This document shows positions 1 to 8,516 of a DNA stretch of 64,000 bases, piece after piece. This DNA is from Vicinamibacterales bacterium (lineage in GTDB: Bacteria; Acidobacteriota; Vicinamibacteria; Vicinamibacterales; G965249535): the NCBI GenBank assembly GCA_965249535.1, contig OZ252241.1, forward strand, positions 1,212,730 to 1,276,729, given 5' to 3'. The position numbers and the translations under genes were made by a program. Position 1 is the first letter of the stretch. The number at the start of each line of letters is the position of its first letter. The notes under the pieces were generated by a model, which made no database searches, was not told where the DNA came from, and saw nothing but the letters and a program-made list of their open reading frames with translations.

Positions 1-695
1 TCCACACGACGAACCAGTTTCTGACCGTTGATCTAAGCGCATTTTATGTGGACGTCTCAAAAGACCATTTGTACACGTTTGATCCCAACTCACAAGAAAG
101 ACGCTCAACTCAAACTGCCATCTACCGAACGGTCGATGGTCTCACGAGACTCCTAGCTCCGATTCTACCAGTAACCACAGACGAGCTATGGCAAACTTTA
201 CCAGGGAAACGAGAAGACTCTGTCCACCTCGCAGACTTCCCCACTGATCTTGAGGAGATGGTCGATCAGGATTTACTAGCCCGTTGGAACCGCTTGATTG
301 GTGTGCGTGAGGTTGTGAACGGTGAACTTGAACGGCTTCGACAAAAGAAAATGATCGGCACTTCACTGGAGGCTAAAGTGAAGATCCGAGCTAGCGGTGA
401 TACCTCAGTTTTACTCGAACGCTATCGCCACGATCTCGCGATGCTTTTCATTACCTCAGCCGTTGAAGTGAAAACAGTAGTTCCCGCATCATCCTCGACT
501 ATAAATCAATCAGTCGCAAACAATGTCTTTACCGAAGTGGAAGGTTCAGCCCAGATCGAAATCAGTCGAGCTGACGGAACAAAGTGCGCGCGTTGTTGGC
601 GGTATGTTAAATTGATGTCATCCAAGACACACATGGGCGATCTCTGTAATCGCTGTGTTGATGCTCTGCCCGAAACCATTGGTGACATTGATTGA
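1..695 (+). CDS. ileS: Isoleucine--tRNA ligase, C-terminal fragment (5' end lies outside the window)
   Basis: The frame is open from the window edge (codons from nt 3). It reads ...LSAFYVDVSKDHLYT... and ends in the zinc ribbon CARCWRY...CNRC. The classic ileS-lspA adjacency is present. Confidence 0.9.
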   Translation, partial: HTTNQFLTVDLSAFYVDVSKDHLYTFDPNSQERRSTQTAIYRTVDGLTRLLAPILPVTTDELWQTLPGKREDSVHLADFPTDLEEMVDQDLLARWNRLIGVREVVNGELERLRQKKMIGTSLEAKVKIRASGDTSVLLERYRHDLAMLFITSAVEVKTVVPASSSTINQSVANNVFTEVEGSAQIEISRADGTKCARCWRYVKLMSSKTHMGDLCNRCVDALPETIGDID

Positions 696-1260
696 TTGGG
701 GATTTAACGCAAACGCTACTGAGGAGGTACGAATTTACAAAATCCGACGAACGCTACTAACTGGATTTTATAAATCGCGGCGACTCATCACGATAATTGC
801 TGCATCCATCGCTGTGCTTGACCACGGGACGAAGATCTTGGTTCAGGAATTCGTACCGCTACATACGAGTATTGCGATCGTGCCAAGCGTGCTTGACTTT
901 ACTCACGCAAGGAATACGGGAGTTGCTTTTGGGATCTTAAACACAGTCGGTTTTCCATTTAAGTCAACAGTGATGCTCGTAATCGCGGCGGCGGCACTGA
1001 GTGTAATTATAGTCTATGCGGCGGGTTCCACCTCGAATGGTCGCATCGCACAAGTCGGATTAGGTTTGATCATCGGTGGTGCACTCGGTAACCTAATTGA
1101 TCGTGCAATGACAGGTTACGTCGTCGACTTTATTGACGTCTATTGGCAAAGCTACCATTTCTGGACCTTCAACCTTGCTGATTCGGCAATCACGGTTGGC
1201 GCAGCGTTCCTGATTATCGATACGTTGATGACTGGACAAAATGTATCCGCAACTACTTGA
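655..1260 (+). CDS. lspA: Lipoprotein signal peptidase (signal peptidase II)
   Basis: Motifs NTGVAFG, GGALGNLIDR, VVDFIDV and FNLADSAI, with a hydrophobic TM profile. The true start is uncertain: GTG 655, ATG 661 and TTG 688 all overlap the ileS end. Confidence 0.9.
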   Translation: MLMLCPKPLVTLIDWGFNANATEEVRIYKIRRTLLTGFYKSRRLITIIAASIAVLDHGTKILVQEFVPLHTSIAIVPSVLDFTHARNTGVAFGILNTVGFPFKSTVMLVIAAAALSVIIVYAAGSTSNGRIAQVGLGLIIGGALGNLIDRAMTGYVVDFIDVYWQSYHFWTFNLADSAITVGAAFLIIDTLMTGQNVSATT

Positions 1261-2020
1261 ATTTGGACCACTCAACGTCTATACGTACGGTGTATTGCTT
1301 GCAGCCGCCTATTTAATTGGCCTAAAGGTAGCACTCATACGTGCACACGACCGTGGACTAGATTCCAACCGGGTAATGGATCTTGGCATATACATCATTG
1401 TAAGCGCCCTAATTGGTGCCAAATTGATGCTTTTAGTCGTTGAATTCGAGCACTTTTCTCTGAGACCTTCTGACCTATGGTTCTTAATACGATCAGGCGG
1501 AGTTTTCTACGGAGGATTATTACTTGCCGGCCCGGTGGCACTTTGGTATCTACGTCGCCATCGAATGCAGACCTGGACGGTATGTGATGTTTTTGCACCA
1601 GGCATTGCCTTGGGACATGCCATTGGCCGTATCGGATGTCTGATGGCCGGGTGCTGTTTCGGTAAGCCGACGAACGTGCCCTGGGGAATCACCTTTACAA
1701 ACCCACTCGCTGCCAGCAATGTAGGTACACCACTCAACGTGCAGCTGCATCCCACTCAGGTGTACGAATCTGGAGGGGAACTATTGATTCTCGTGTTTTT
1801 ACTCTTAACCGAACACCGCGGACGACCGTTTGCTGGCCGTACATTCTGGAGTTATCTACTGCTCTACGCCGTCCTACGCTTTATCACCGAGGTCTATCGC
1901 GGTGATCCACGAGGAATAGTGTTTGAGACTCTTTCGACATCACAGTTCATTTCCATCCTGCTCGTACCATTAAGTCTCGTGATGCTAATCTCCTTAAATC
2001 GACGAGCTTCGTCAACATAA
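1241..2020 (+). CDS. lgt: Prolipoprotein diacylglyceryl transferase
   Basis: Motifs GRIGCLMAGCCFGKPT, WGITF and HPTQVYES. The ATG overlaps the lspA end by 20 nt. Confidence 0.93.
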   Translation: MYPQLLEFGPLNVYTYGVLLAAAYLIGLKVALIRAHDRGLDSNRVMDLGIYIIVSALIGAKLMLLVVEFEHFSLRPSDLWFLIRSGGVFYGGLLLAGPVALWYLRRHRMQTWTVCDVFAPGIALGHAIGRIGCLMAGCCFGKPTNVPWGITFTNPLAASNVGTPLNVQLHPTQVYESGGELLILVFLLLTEHRGRPFAGRTFWSYLLLYAVLRFITEVYRGDPRGIVFETLSTSQFISILLVPLSLVMLISLNRRASST

Positions 2021-2093
2021 CCGCAAACGGCCACGTGATTCTTACTACCTACTTGCGTACCCCATGAAAATCCTGATGACTACGTGTTAACCT

Positions 2094-3095
2094 GTGGGCG
2101 CTGCGTCAGAACCTATGAGTAACACCGGTAAGAATGTGAGCAAGGAATTTGATAGCACGGCCAGACAGGCGTCAGTTGTTGAACTAACTGTTCCGAGTGA
2201 AAAAGCTGGCCTGAGATTAGACAAATTTTTTGCCGCACTCCTACCTCAGCACTCTCGTTCACGGATACGCTGTTTGATCAAAGACGGATTGGCACGTGTC
2301 GGCTCAAGAATTGGTCGACCGAGTATGCTCGTTAAGGTTGGTGACGTAGTTACACTCGTGATCCCCGCCCCGATATCGCCAGTTCCCAAATCCGAAGCGG
2401 TCCCGCTTGAAATTCTCTACGAGGATCTTGATCTGCTCGTTGTCAACAAACCCGCTGGTATGGTCGTGCACCCAGCAGCCGGTCACGCTACTGGAACCCT
2501 CGTCAATGCCTTGTTGCATCACGTTTCCGATCTGAGTGGGATCGGTGGACAGCAGCGTCCCGGCATCGTACATCGTCTGGATAAAGGCACATCTGGACTG
2601 ATCGTTGTTGCTAAGCACGACGCTTCACATAAACACCTATCGCGTCAGTTCCGTGAACGGGGGGTACGAAAAGAGTATTCGGCACTAGTCTGGGGCATCG
2701 TCCAGGCAGGCCGACATATCGACAGTCCGCTAGGTCGAGATCCCGTGAACCGCCAACAGATATCAACTAGAGCAAGGTGCACACGCACTGCAGTCACCAC
2801 GGTCATTAAGGTTAAGGCTATGCGCGAGGTATCTCTAATACAAGTTACCATTAGCACCGGTCGCACACATCAAATCCGCGTGCACCTGAGCAGCATCGGT
2901 CATCCAGTGGTGGGCGACGCACTCTACGGCACTCGGCGGCGCCAAGTACCGACAAATCTACAACCCCTGACGAAATTAACCAGACCGTTCCTGCATGCCA
3001 CTCGTTTGACCTTTACTCATCCCCGCAACGAGCGCCGTGTAGAATTCACTTCAGAGCTACCTCAGGATCTTCAGGAGACACTAGCGAAACTGTAA
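2094..3095 (+). CDS. rluD: 23S rRNA pseudouridine synthase, RluA/RluD family
   Basis: An S4-like N-terminal region is followed by the catalytic core HRLDKGTSGLIVVAK and HQIRVHL. An alternative start ATG 2115 is possible. Confidence 0.88.
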   Translation: MGAASEPMSNTGKNVSKEFDSTARQASVVELTVPSEKAGLRLDKFFAALLPQHSRSRIRCLIKDGLARVGSRIGRPSMLVKVGDVVTLVIPAPISPVPKSEAVPLEILYEDLDLLVVNKPAGMVVHPAAGHATGTLVNALLHHVSDLSGIGGQQRPGIVHRLDKGTSGLIVVAKHDASHKHLSRQFRERGVRKEYSALVWGIVQAGRHIDSPLGRDPVNRQQISTRARCTRTAVTTVIKVKAMREVSLIQVTISTGRTHQIRVHLSSIGHPVVGDALYGTRRRQVPTNLQPLTKLTRPFLHATRLTFTHPRNERRVEFTSELPQDLQETLAKL

Positions 3096-3164
3096 GTTTC
3101 TTAAGGCGTAGGACATCCCTCAACTGACCCCAACTTAAGAATGATTTAAGGTCTTCAGGAGTTC

Positions 3165-5636
3165 CTACTGAACCGTATCGATGACCAACACGTCACCGGC
3201 AGAGCCTCCGCAATCTGGTGAAGTTGGGTCAGGCTTGAGTGCGATGTTAAGCACCTCATCCACGGTCGATACGAGATGAATGGTCATCCCGCGTCGAAGT
3301 TCCTCACTTAGATCCTCGTTGACGTGCTTTTCGTTCTGCTTCGGTAAGATGACTTCGAGCACACCGTGACGCCTCGCCGCCAACACCTTTTCCTTGATAC
3401 CTCCAACGGGCAAAATGTGCCCCGATAGCGTGATCTCGCCCGTCATTGCTAGATCGCCACGAGCTGGGCGTCCAGTCATTTCAGAGGTTAAGGCGACGAT
3501 CATCGTGACTCCCGCTGAAGGACCATCCTTTGGAATGGCACCTGAGGGCACATGAAGGTGGATCTCAGTGTTTTGATAAAACTCTGGATCAACACTGAAA
3601 CGACTAGCATTCGCTCTGAACCAGGACAGTGCCGCCCACGCTGATTCCTTCATAACATCACCCAAATGTCCTGTAACAGTCAGCGAACCAGCACCCCGCA
3701 TTCGTGTCGCCTCCACAAACAGTACATCACCACCTGAAGGAGTCCACGCCAAGCCAACCGCTACACCAGGATCTTTAGTTCGTTCCTCTATCTCTTCTCG
3801 GAAGAAACTTGGGGAACCGAGCATCTCTGCTACCGACTCCACCGTGACATTCACTATCTCTTCAAGTCCTTCGGCCCGTCTGCGAGCAATCTTTCGACAC
3901 AGTGCGCCAATCTCACGTTCGAGATTCCGGACACCGGCCTCTCTCGTATAGCCACGAATCACAGATCGGATGGCGGCTTCACTGAAGTTGACCTGCTCAG
4001 GTGTCAATCCATGATTCTTGATCTGTTTTGCCACTAGATGTTCCTGGGCAATATCGAATTTTTCTTCCTCGGTATACCCAGGGAGCTCGAGTACCTCCAT
4101 TCGGTCACGAAGCGCTGGAGGAGTTGGATCAAGCACGTTCGCAGTGGTAATAAATAGCACCTCGGAAAGATCAAATGGCACGTCGAGGTAGTGATCCCGG
4201 AAGGTGTGATTCTGCTCTGGATCCAAAACCTCCAGAAGGGCAGATGCCGGATCTCCACGAAAATCGGCTCCGAGTTTGTCGATCTCGTCCAGAATAAATA
4301 CGGGATTCTTAACCTCGGCTCTCCGTAAACCCTGGATGATCTGACCAGGCAGCGCACCGATGTAGGTACGACGGTGTCCGCGGATCTCTGCCTCGTCTCT
4401 CATTCCGCCGAGAGAGATCCTGACGAACTTCCGATGAAGAGCCGTAGCGATCGACTTGGCAAGCGACGTTTTCCCAACGCCGGGTGGACCAACAAAACAG
4501 AGAATTGGCCCCTTGACATCAGGATTAAGTTTCCGAACGGCGAGATATTCTAGGATACGGTCCTTGGCTTTTTCGAGATCAGAGTGGTCGACATCAAGAA
4601 TCGCCTTCGCTCGACCCAAATCGATCACTTCCTCCGTACGTTTGATCCAAGGGAGTGCAATAAGCCAATCCAAGTAAGTCCGAGAAACAGTATATTCAGC
4701 CGCAGCCGCTGGCATCTTAGATAAGCGCCCCAATTCTCTCTGCGCCTCCTTACAGACGTTCTCTGGCATACCAGCCGCCTCGATCTTCTTTCCTAACTCT
4801 TCGATCTCTTTAGTCTGATCGTCACCCTCCCCAAGTTCCTTCTGAATGGCCTTAAGTTGTTCGCGCAAAAGATACTCGCGCTGATTTTTCCCCACCTCCG
4901 ATTGAACTTGTGACTGAATTTTTGAACGGAGCTCGAGTACCTCCTGCTCCTTAATCAGCAGGCGATTCAGGTAATCCATGCGGGCGCGTACATCAAGAGT
5001 CTCAAGTACCTCCTGCTTGGCACTCGTTGTGATCATTGCCAAATTTGATGCAACAAAGTCAGCCAACTTGCCTGGGTCAGAAATATTTGTTGCAAGCGTC
5101 TGTAAATCATCAGATAGAAACGCCGATAGTGAGACTACTTGCTGAAAATTTGCCTTAACATTTCGGTGTAACGCATCAAGCTCCAGCTGCTCCTCGTCTC
5201 GGACAATTTCCACAGGGGAACTTACTTCAGCCCGTAGGTAAGGCTTAGTTGAAATTACGCGATCGAGCCGCAAGCGGGCAAGCCCTTGAACGATCAACCG
5301 TAAACTGCCGTCTGGCAATTTAAACATCTTGTGGATGTAAGTCGCCGTTCCAATATGGCAGAGAGCTTCGTACGTAGGTTCCTCAGTCGACGCATCCCGC
5401 TGAGTGAACACTCCAACCAACTTGCTACCACGGACTACTTCGTCGATCAGGCGAACAGAAGATTCTCTAGCCACAGCAAGTGGCATGAATGAACTCGGAA
5501 ACAAAACAGCATCTCGAAGCGGGAGTACTGGAAGGTCGCGCGGAATTGAAAGTGGTCGGTTTTGCCCTGAAGAATCTTGAATACTGAGAGACTCGTTTTG
5601 ATCGCTCATGTCTGCGATCCTGCTCCATCCAACCAA
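3165..5636 (-). CDS. lon: ATP-dependent Lon protease
   Basis: LON N-domain, Walker A GPPGVGKTS, Walker B FILDEIDK and protease motif PKDGPSAG. The likely real start is ATG 5609 (MSDQNE...), with GGAG about 10 nt upstream. Confidence 0.96.
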   Translation of the reverse strand: MVGWSRIADMSDQNESLSIQDSSGQNRPLSIPRDLPVLPLRDAVLFPSSFMPLAVARESSVRLIDEVVRGSKLVGVFTQRDASTEEPTYEALCHIGTATYIHKMFKLPDGSLRLIVQGLARLRLDRVISTKPYLRAEVSSPVEIVRDEEQLELDALHRNVKANFQQVVSLSAFLSDDLQTLATNISDPGKLADFVASNLAMITTSAKQEVLETLDVRARMDYLNRLLIKEQEVLELRSKIQSQVQSEVGKNQREYLLREQLKAIQKELGEGDDQTKEIEELGKKIEAAGMPENVCKEAQRELGRLSKMPAAAAEYTVSRTYLDWLIALPWIKRTEEVIDLGRAKAILDVDHSDLEKAKDRILEYLAVRKLNPDVKGPILCFVGPPGVGKTSLAKSIATALHRKFVRISLGGMRDEAEIRGHRRTYIGALPGQIIQGLRRAEVKNPVFILDEIDKLGADFRGDPASALLEVLDPEQNHTFRDHYLDVPFDLSEVLFITTANVLDPTPPALRDRMEVLELPGYTEEEKFDIAQEHLVAKQIKNHGLTPEQVNFSEAAIRSVIRGYTREAGVRNLEREIGALCRKIARRRAEGLEEIVNVTVESVAEMLGSPSFFREEIEERTKDPGVAVGLAWTPSGGDVLFVEATRMRGAGSLTVTGHLGDVMKESAWAALSWFRANASRFSVDPEFYQNTEIHLHVPSGAIPKDGPSAGVTMIVALTSEMTGRPARGDLAMTGEITLSGHILPVGGIKEKVLAARRHGVLEVILPKQNEKHVNEDLSEELRRGMTIHLVSTVDEVLNIALKPDPTSPDCGGSAGDVLVIDTVQ

Positions 5637-5642
5637 GGCGCT

Positions 5643-6137
5643 TCAATGATCCACACTCGGTACATTTCTTTTGACCAGCTGTACCGTTAATTCGATATCC
5701 TGCGAATAAACCGAAAGGGCACCGCGGCGCTGGGTTAGTGCGCACTCCCTTTGCTTTGCTACCTCACGAACTTCTTCACAACTCTTGCACCGGACCGCCA
5801 ACAATAGAGCCCGAAGGCGCTGCTGAGAAATTTCATCGCCGCACTCGAAACAATAGCCGTACGATCCTGCCTCCAAACGCGACAGGGCCGTACCAATCTT
5901 AGTCAGTGTTTCCGTCTTCATCTGAAGTAGTGCAAATTCAATGTCACTCTGGATACCCGCTTCAGAATTTTCCGCATCGTCCAGTACACCGTGAACTAGA
6001 GCTCCCTTCGACTCCGTACGAACATCACGCATCTTTTCGTTGACCTCACTCAGAATTTCTTCACGGTGCTCCTCAAGGATACGGCTCAACTCTTCATAGC
6101 GCTGCCGACCCATCCGACTCCTACCTGTCGTTCCCAT
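5643..6137 (-). CDS. DksA/TraR-family C4 zinc-finger protein
   Basis: A coiled-coil region is followed by CFECGDEISQQRLRALLLAVRCKSC (CxxC-x17-CxxC). AAGGAG lies 8 nt upstream of the ATG. The ~45-aa tail after the finger is longer than I expect for DksA. Confidence 0.8.
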   Translation of the reverse strand: MGTTGRSRMGRQRYEELSRILEEHREEILSEVNEKMRDVRTESKGALVHGVLDDAENSEAGIQSDIEFALLQMKTETLTKIGTALSRLEAGSYGYCFECGDEISQQRLRALLLAVRCKSCEEVREVAKQRECALTQRRGALSVYSQDIELTVQLVKRNVPSVDH

Positions 6138-7082
6138 GATAACGACTCCTTGACTTTATAAATTAGAGCCTCAATTGGATCTTCTCTAATCATCCGTTTT
6201 CGAGATGTGCCTCCCCAGCAGGCAAGTTAGCTAGTCTCTAATTTTCCAAGCAAATCAAACAATGCACGATCATCGATCGACCAGGGAAAGACATAAAGTG
6301 ACCCGCAGTTAAGAAGGTCATGAAGGACTAGCCTCCAACCAGCATCTTGCCTACACTTCATTGGGTGAGCCGCTGGCAATCAATCTAATATCTAACCCTT
6401 TCGCAACACGTTAATGTGTGTTGTCCAACCTCGAGGATGATTCCCTATCAATAATTAGTCCGTACACACATTAGACGACGGTACCTGGTCCAAGGTTCGG
6501 ACCAGGATAACATTTTCGCCCCTACATGTGACACAAGTCTGTCAGTTACGTCAAGATCTAGTGGCATCTCTGCTACACGATTTGATAAGAGAATGCGAGT
6601 GAAGTCAATAAACGTCAACGCAATATTTCTCTTAAATATTGATACCAAATAAGTTATGAATAAATGCTTCCACTTTCTAGCGAAAGGAGCCGATCGCAAA
6701 ATCGTGAAAGCGAAGGACCGGAAGCATCAGCTGACGGAACTTAGCCTATTTCTGAACACCACCTTGAAGGATGTAAAGCACACGGTCTGAATTACAGAAG
6801 TTCTGGATGTGATTGGAGGCTGTCAAGATTACCGACGCTAAAACTTCATGCTGTCAATGTCGCGATCTTTGCACTCCGTTCAAACATAGGGTTCCGCATG
6901 ATAACGGACCTTATGGCGTGAAGACGAGGCAACGTCGGCTGTTAAACTCCGTCTCTATATTTACAAACATGCTTCCCCAACCTTCAAGGCGACGTTTCTG
7001 AACAGCTAGTTTAAGTGGTCCCCTCAAACCCTGTTGACCGACTCAACGTGGTGTGCGAAGCTGGAGTTGCACATCGAGCTCA

Positions 7083-7316
7083 ATGAAAGGTCAGGCTTGC
7101 CCTCTTTGTGGCCATCAGAAGGCCCGGCGAACGTGTCCCGCGTTGGCACGGCCGCTTTGTCCTCGCTGCTGCGGAACAAAGCGGCTTGTCGAGATTCGTT
7201 GTCCATCCGACTGTGGTTATTTAGAAACCTCGCGTGTCCACCCACCGGCGGTCACCCAGCGCCGGCAAGAGCGTGACCTGAGGTTCTTAATACCTATTCA
7301 TCCACGATTTAGGTGA
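7083..7316 (+). CDS. Small Cys-rich (putative zinc-binding) protein; possibly the 5' half of a frameshifted gene
   Basis: From ATG 7083 it reads MKGQACPLCGHQKARRTCPALARPLCPRCCGTKRLVEIRCPSDCGYL, with spacing CxxC-x8-C-x7-C-x2-CC-x9-C-x3-C. The ORF-track version starts at 7053. I cannot give a family name with certainty. Confidence 0.5.
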   Translation: MKGQACPLCGHQKARRTCPALARPLCPRCCGTKRLVEIRCPSDCGYLETSRVHPPAVTQRRQERDLRFLIPIHPRFR

Positions 7317-7335
7317 ACCCCAATATCGTCTCTTT

Positions 7336-7752
7336 ATGTTCGTCCAGAAGTTTTTACGTGACTACAGGTCCACGATCGTACCAACAATCGTCGATGTTGA
7401 CGTCGCAGCGGCCACTGGTGCTCTGGCTGCCACTTTCGAAACGTCTGGACGTGGGATAATCTATGAGCATCAACCTTCCTCAATCTCTGCGCAGCACCTA
7501 ACCACAAAACTAAAAGCCTCACTCGATCAAGCCTTAAAACAAGACCACACGTTAACCAACCAAAACCCCGCAGTAGTTCTCCGACGAACCGAACGTGCAG
7601 CACAAGATGCGCAAAAGTTTTTTGACGCCGACCGAACATCTTATCTGGATTTAATAGATCGTGTCTGTCGGGAAACTACCTCTCAATCGCCTTCAGAGCA
7701 ACCTACCACTACTCCAACGGCTGAACCCCACTCTGGGCTTATCATTCCCTAA
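7336..7752 (+). CDS. Hypothetical protein; possibly the 3' half of the Cys-rich gene
   Basis: 138-aa ORF. Its frame is open upstream to 7291 (YLFIHDLGEPQYRLF-MFVQKF...). It contains ...TFETSGRGIIYEH... and has a Thr/Pro/Ser-rich C-terminus. No motif was recognised with certainty. Confidence 0.5.
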   Translation: MFVQKFLRDYRSTIVPTIVDVDVAAATGALAATFETSGRGIIYEHQPSSISAQHLTTKLKASLDQALKQDHTLTNQNPAVVLRRTERAAQDAQKFFDADRTSYLDLIDRVCRETTSQSPSEQPTTTPTAEPHSGLIIP

Positions 7753-7779
7753 TTGTCGACAACATACTTCCACTCAGCA

Positions 7780-7788
7780 TGCTATAAT
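7780..7788 (+). promoter_or_regulatory. Extended -10 promoter element (TGcTATAAT) upstream of rpmB
   Basis: TGCTATAAT was read directly about 95 nt upstream of the rpmB ATG. A 7-bp hairpin, TGTGCCG-n13-CGGCACA (7802..7828), lies in the putative leader. No good -35 is present. Confidence 0.45.
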
Positions 7789-7881
7789 CTCTCTGTTATC
7801 ATGTGCCGCCTTCGTAAGACACGGCACACATTCAAAGATTGAGATGAAGTAGCTAAGAGTAAAGAAATAGGGTACCTAGCT

Positions 7882-8073
7882 ATGGCAAGACGCTGTGAGA
7901 TTTGTGGTCGGGGACCGGTTAGCGGTCGGAACATCAGCCACGCACACAATGTGACACGCCGTCGGTTCCAGCCAAATCTTCAGAGGGTGCGGGTTCTTCT
8001 GAAAGGTGGAGTACGTCGTTTGCGTGTCTGCACTCGTTGTATAAGGTCGAACAAAGTGACGAAAGCAGCGTAG
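7882..8073 (+). CDS. rpmB: 50S ribosomal protein L28
   Basis: 63 aa reading [34 protein letters not shown]...CTRC, which is the typical Cys-containing form of bL28. Confidence 0.95.
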   Translation: MARRCEICGRGPVSGRNISHAHNVTRRRFQPNLQRVRVLLKGGVRRLRVCTRCIRSNKVTKAA

Positions 8074-8113
8074 CAATCAAGCAAGTTATCCCTTCCATGT
8101 TCGGATCTCGATA

Positions 8114-8500
8114 ATGCGAACAGCGATAACTACCGACACGGCGCCCAAGGCAATTGGCCCCTATTCTCAGGCAATCCGTGCTGGTCGGTTCTTGTTCGTA
8201 TCGGGACAAGTGGCCATCGAACCAGCGACTGGAAATCTCCTGACCGGAAGTATCGAGAACCAAACGCATCAGACCATGTGTAACCTGGGAGAGATTTTGA
8301 AGGCAGCTGGTGTAACTTACAATAGCGTCTTACGAACAACAGTCTTTCTTGTCGACATGAACGATTTTTCCGCCATGAACACTGTCTACGCCACCTACTT
8401 TGGATCGCCACCACCGGCCCGTACGACCATCCAGGTAGCGAAACTTCCCAAAGATGCACGCGTGGAAGTTGATGCGATCGCGCTACTTGAAAACAGTTAA
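8114..8500 (+). CDS. ridA: RidA/YjgF-family reactive intermediate deaminase
   Basis: 128 aa with TAPKAIGPYSQAI... and ...ARTTIQVAKLPKDARVEVDA, which are YjgF/RidA signatures. Confidence 0.9.
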   Translation: MRTAITTDTAPKAIGPYSQAIRAGRFLFVSGQVAIEPATGNLLTGSIENQTHQTMCNLGEILKAAGVTYNSVLRTTVFLVDMNDFSAMNTVYATYFGSPPPARTTIQVAKLPKDARVEVDAIALLENS

Positions 8501-8516
8501 GCGCAGTCAATGTTTC

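Noticed and set aside
6138-7052. The large gap was scanned by eye for tmRNA (tRNA-like 3' end ...TTCGAATCC...CCACCA), RNase P RNA (GGAAAGTCC) and a tRNA-like T arm (the hairpin at 6484-6506).
   Set aside because: None of the signature strings or cloverleaf geometry is present. The hairpin has an 8-bp stem and a 7-nt loop but no matching acceptor, D or anticodon arms.
7283-7296. The 14-mer GTTCTTAATACCTA occurs twice, at 7283-96 (inside the frameshift window of the Cys-rich gene) and at 13235-48 (in the HugZ-upstream spacer). A nearby 11-mer AGGTTTTAGCG is also duplicated in the latter spacer.
   Set aside because: Roughly N^2/2/4^14, about 7-8, identical same-strand 14-mer pairs are expected by chance in 64 kb. 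There is no flanking similarity or terminal-repeat structure.
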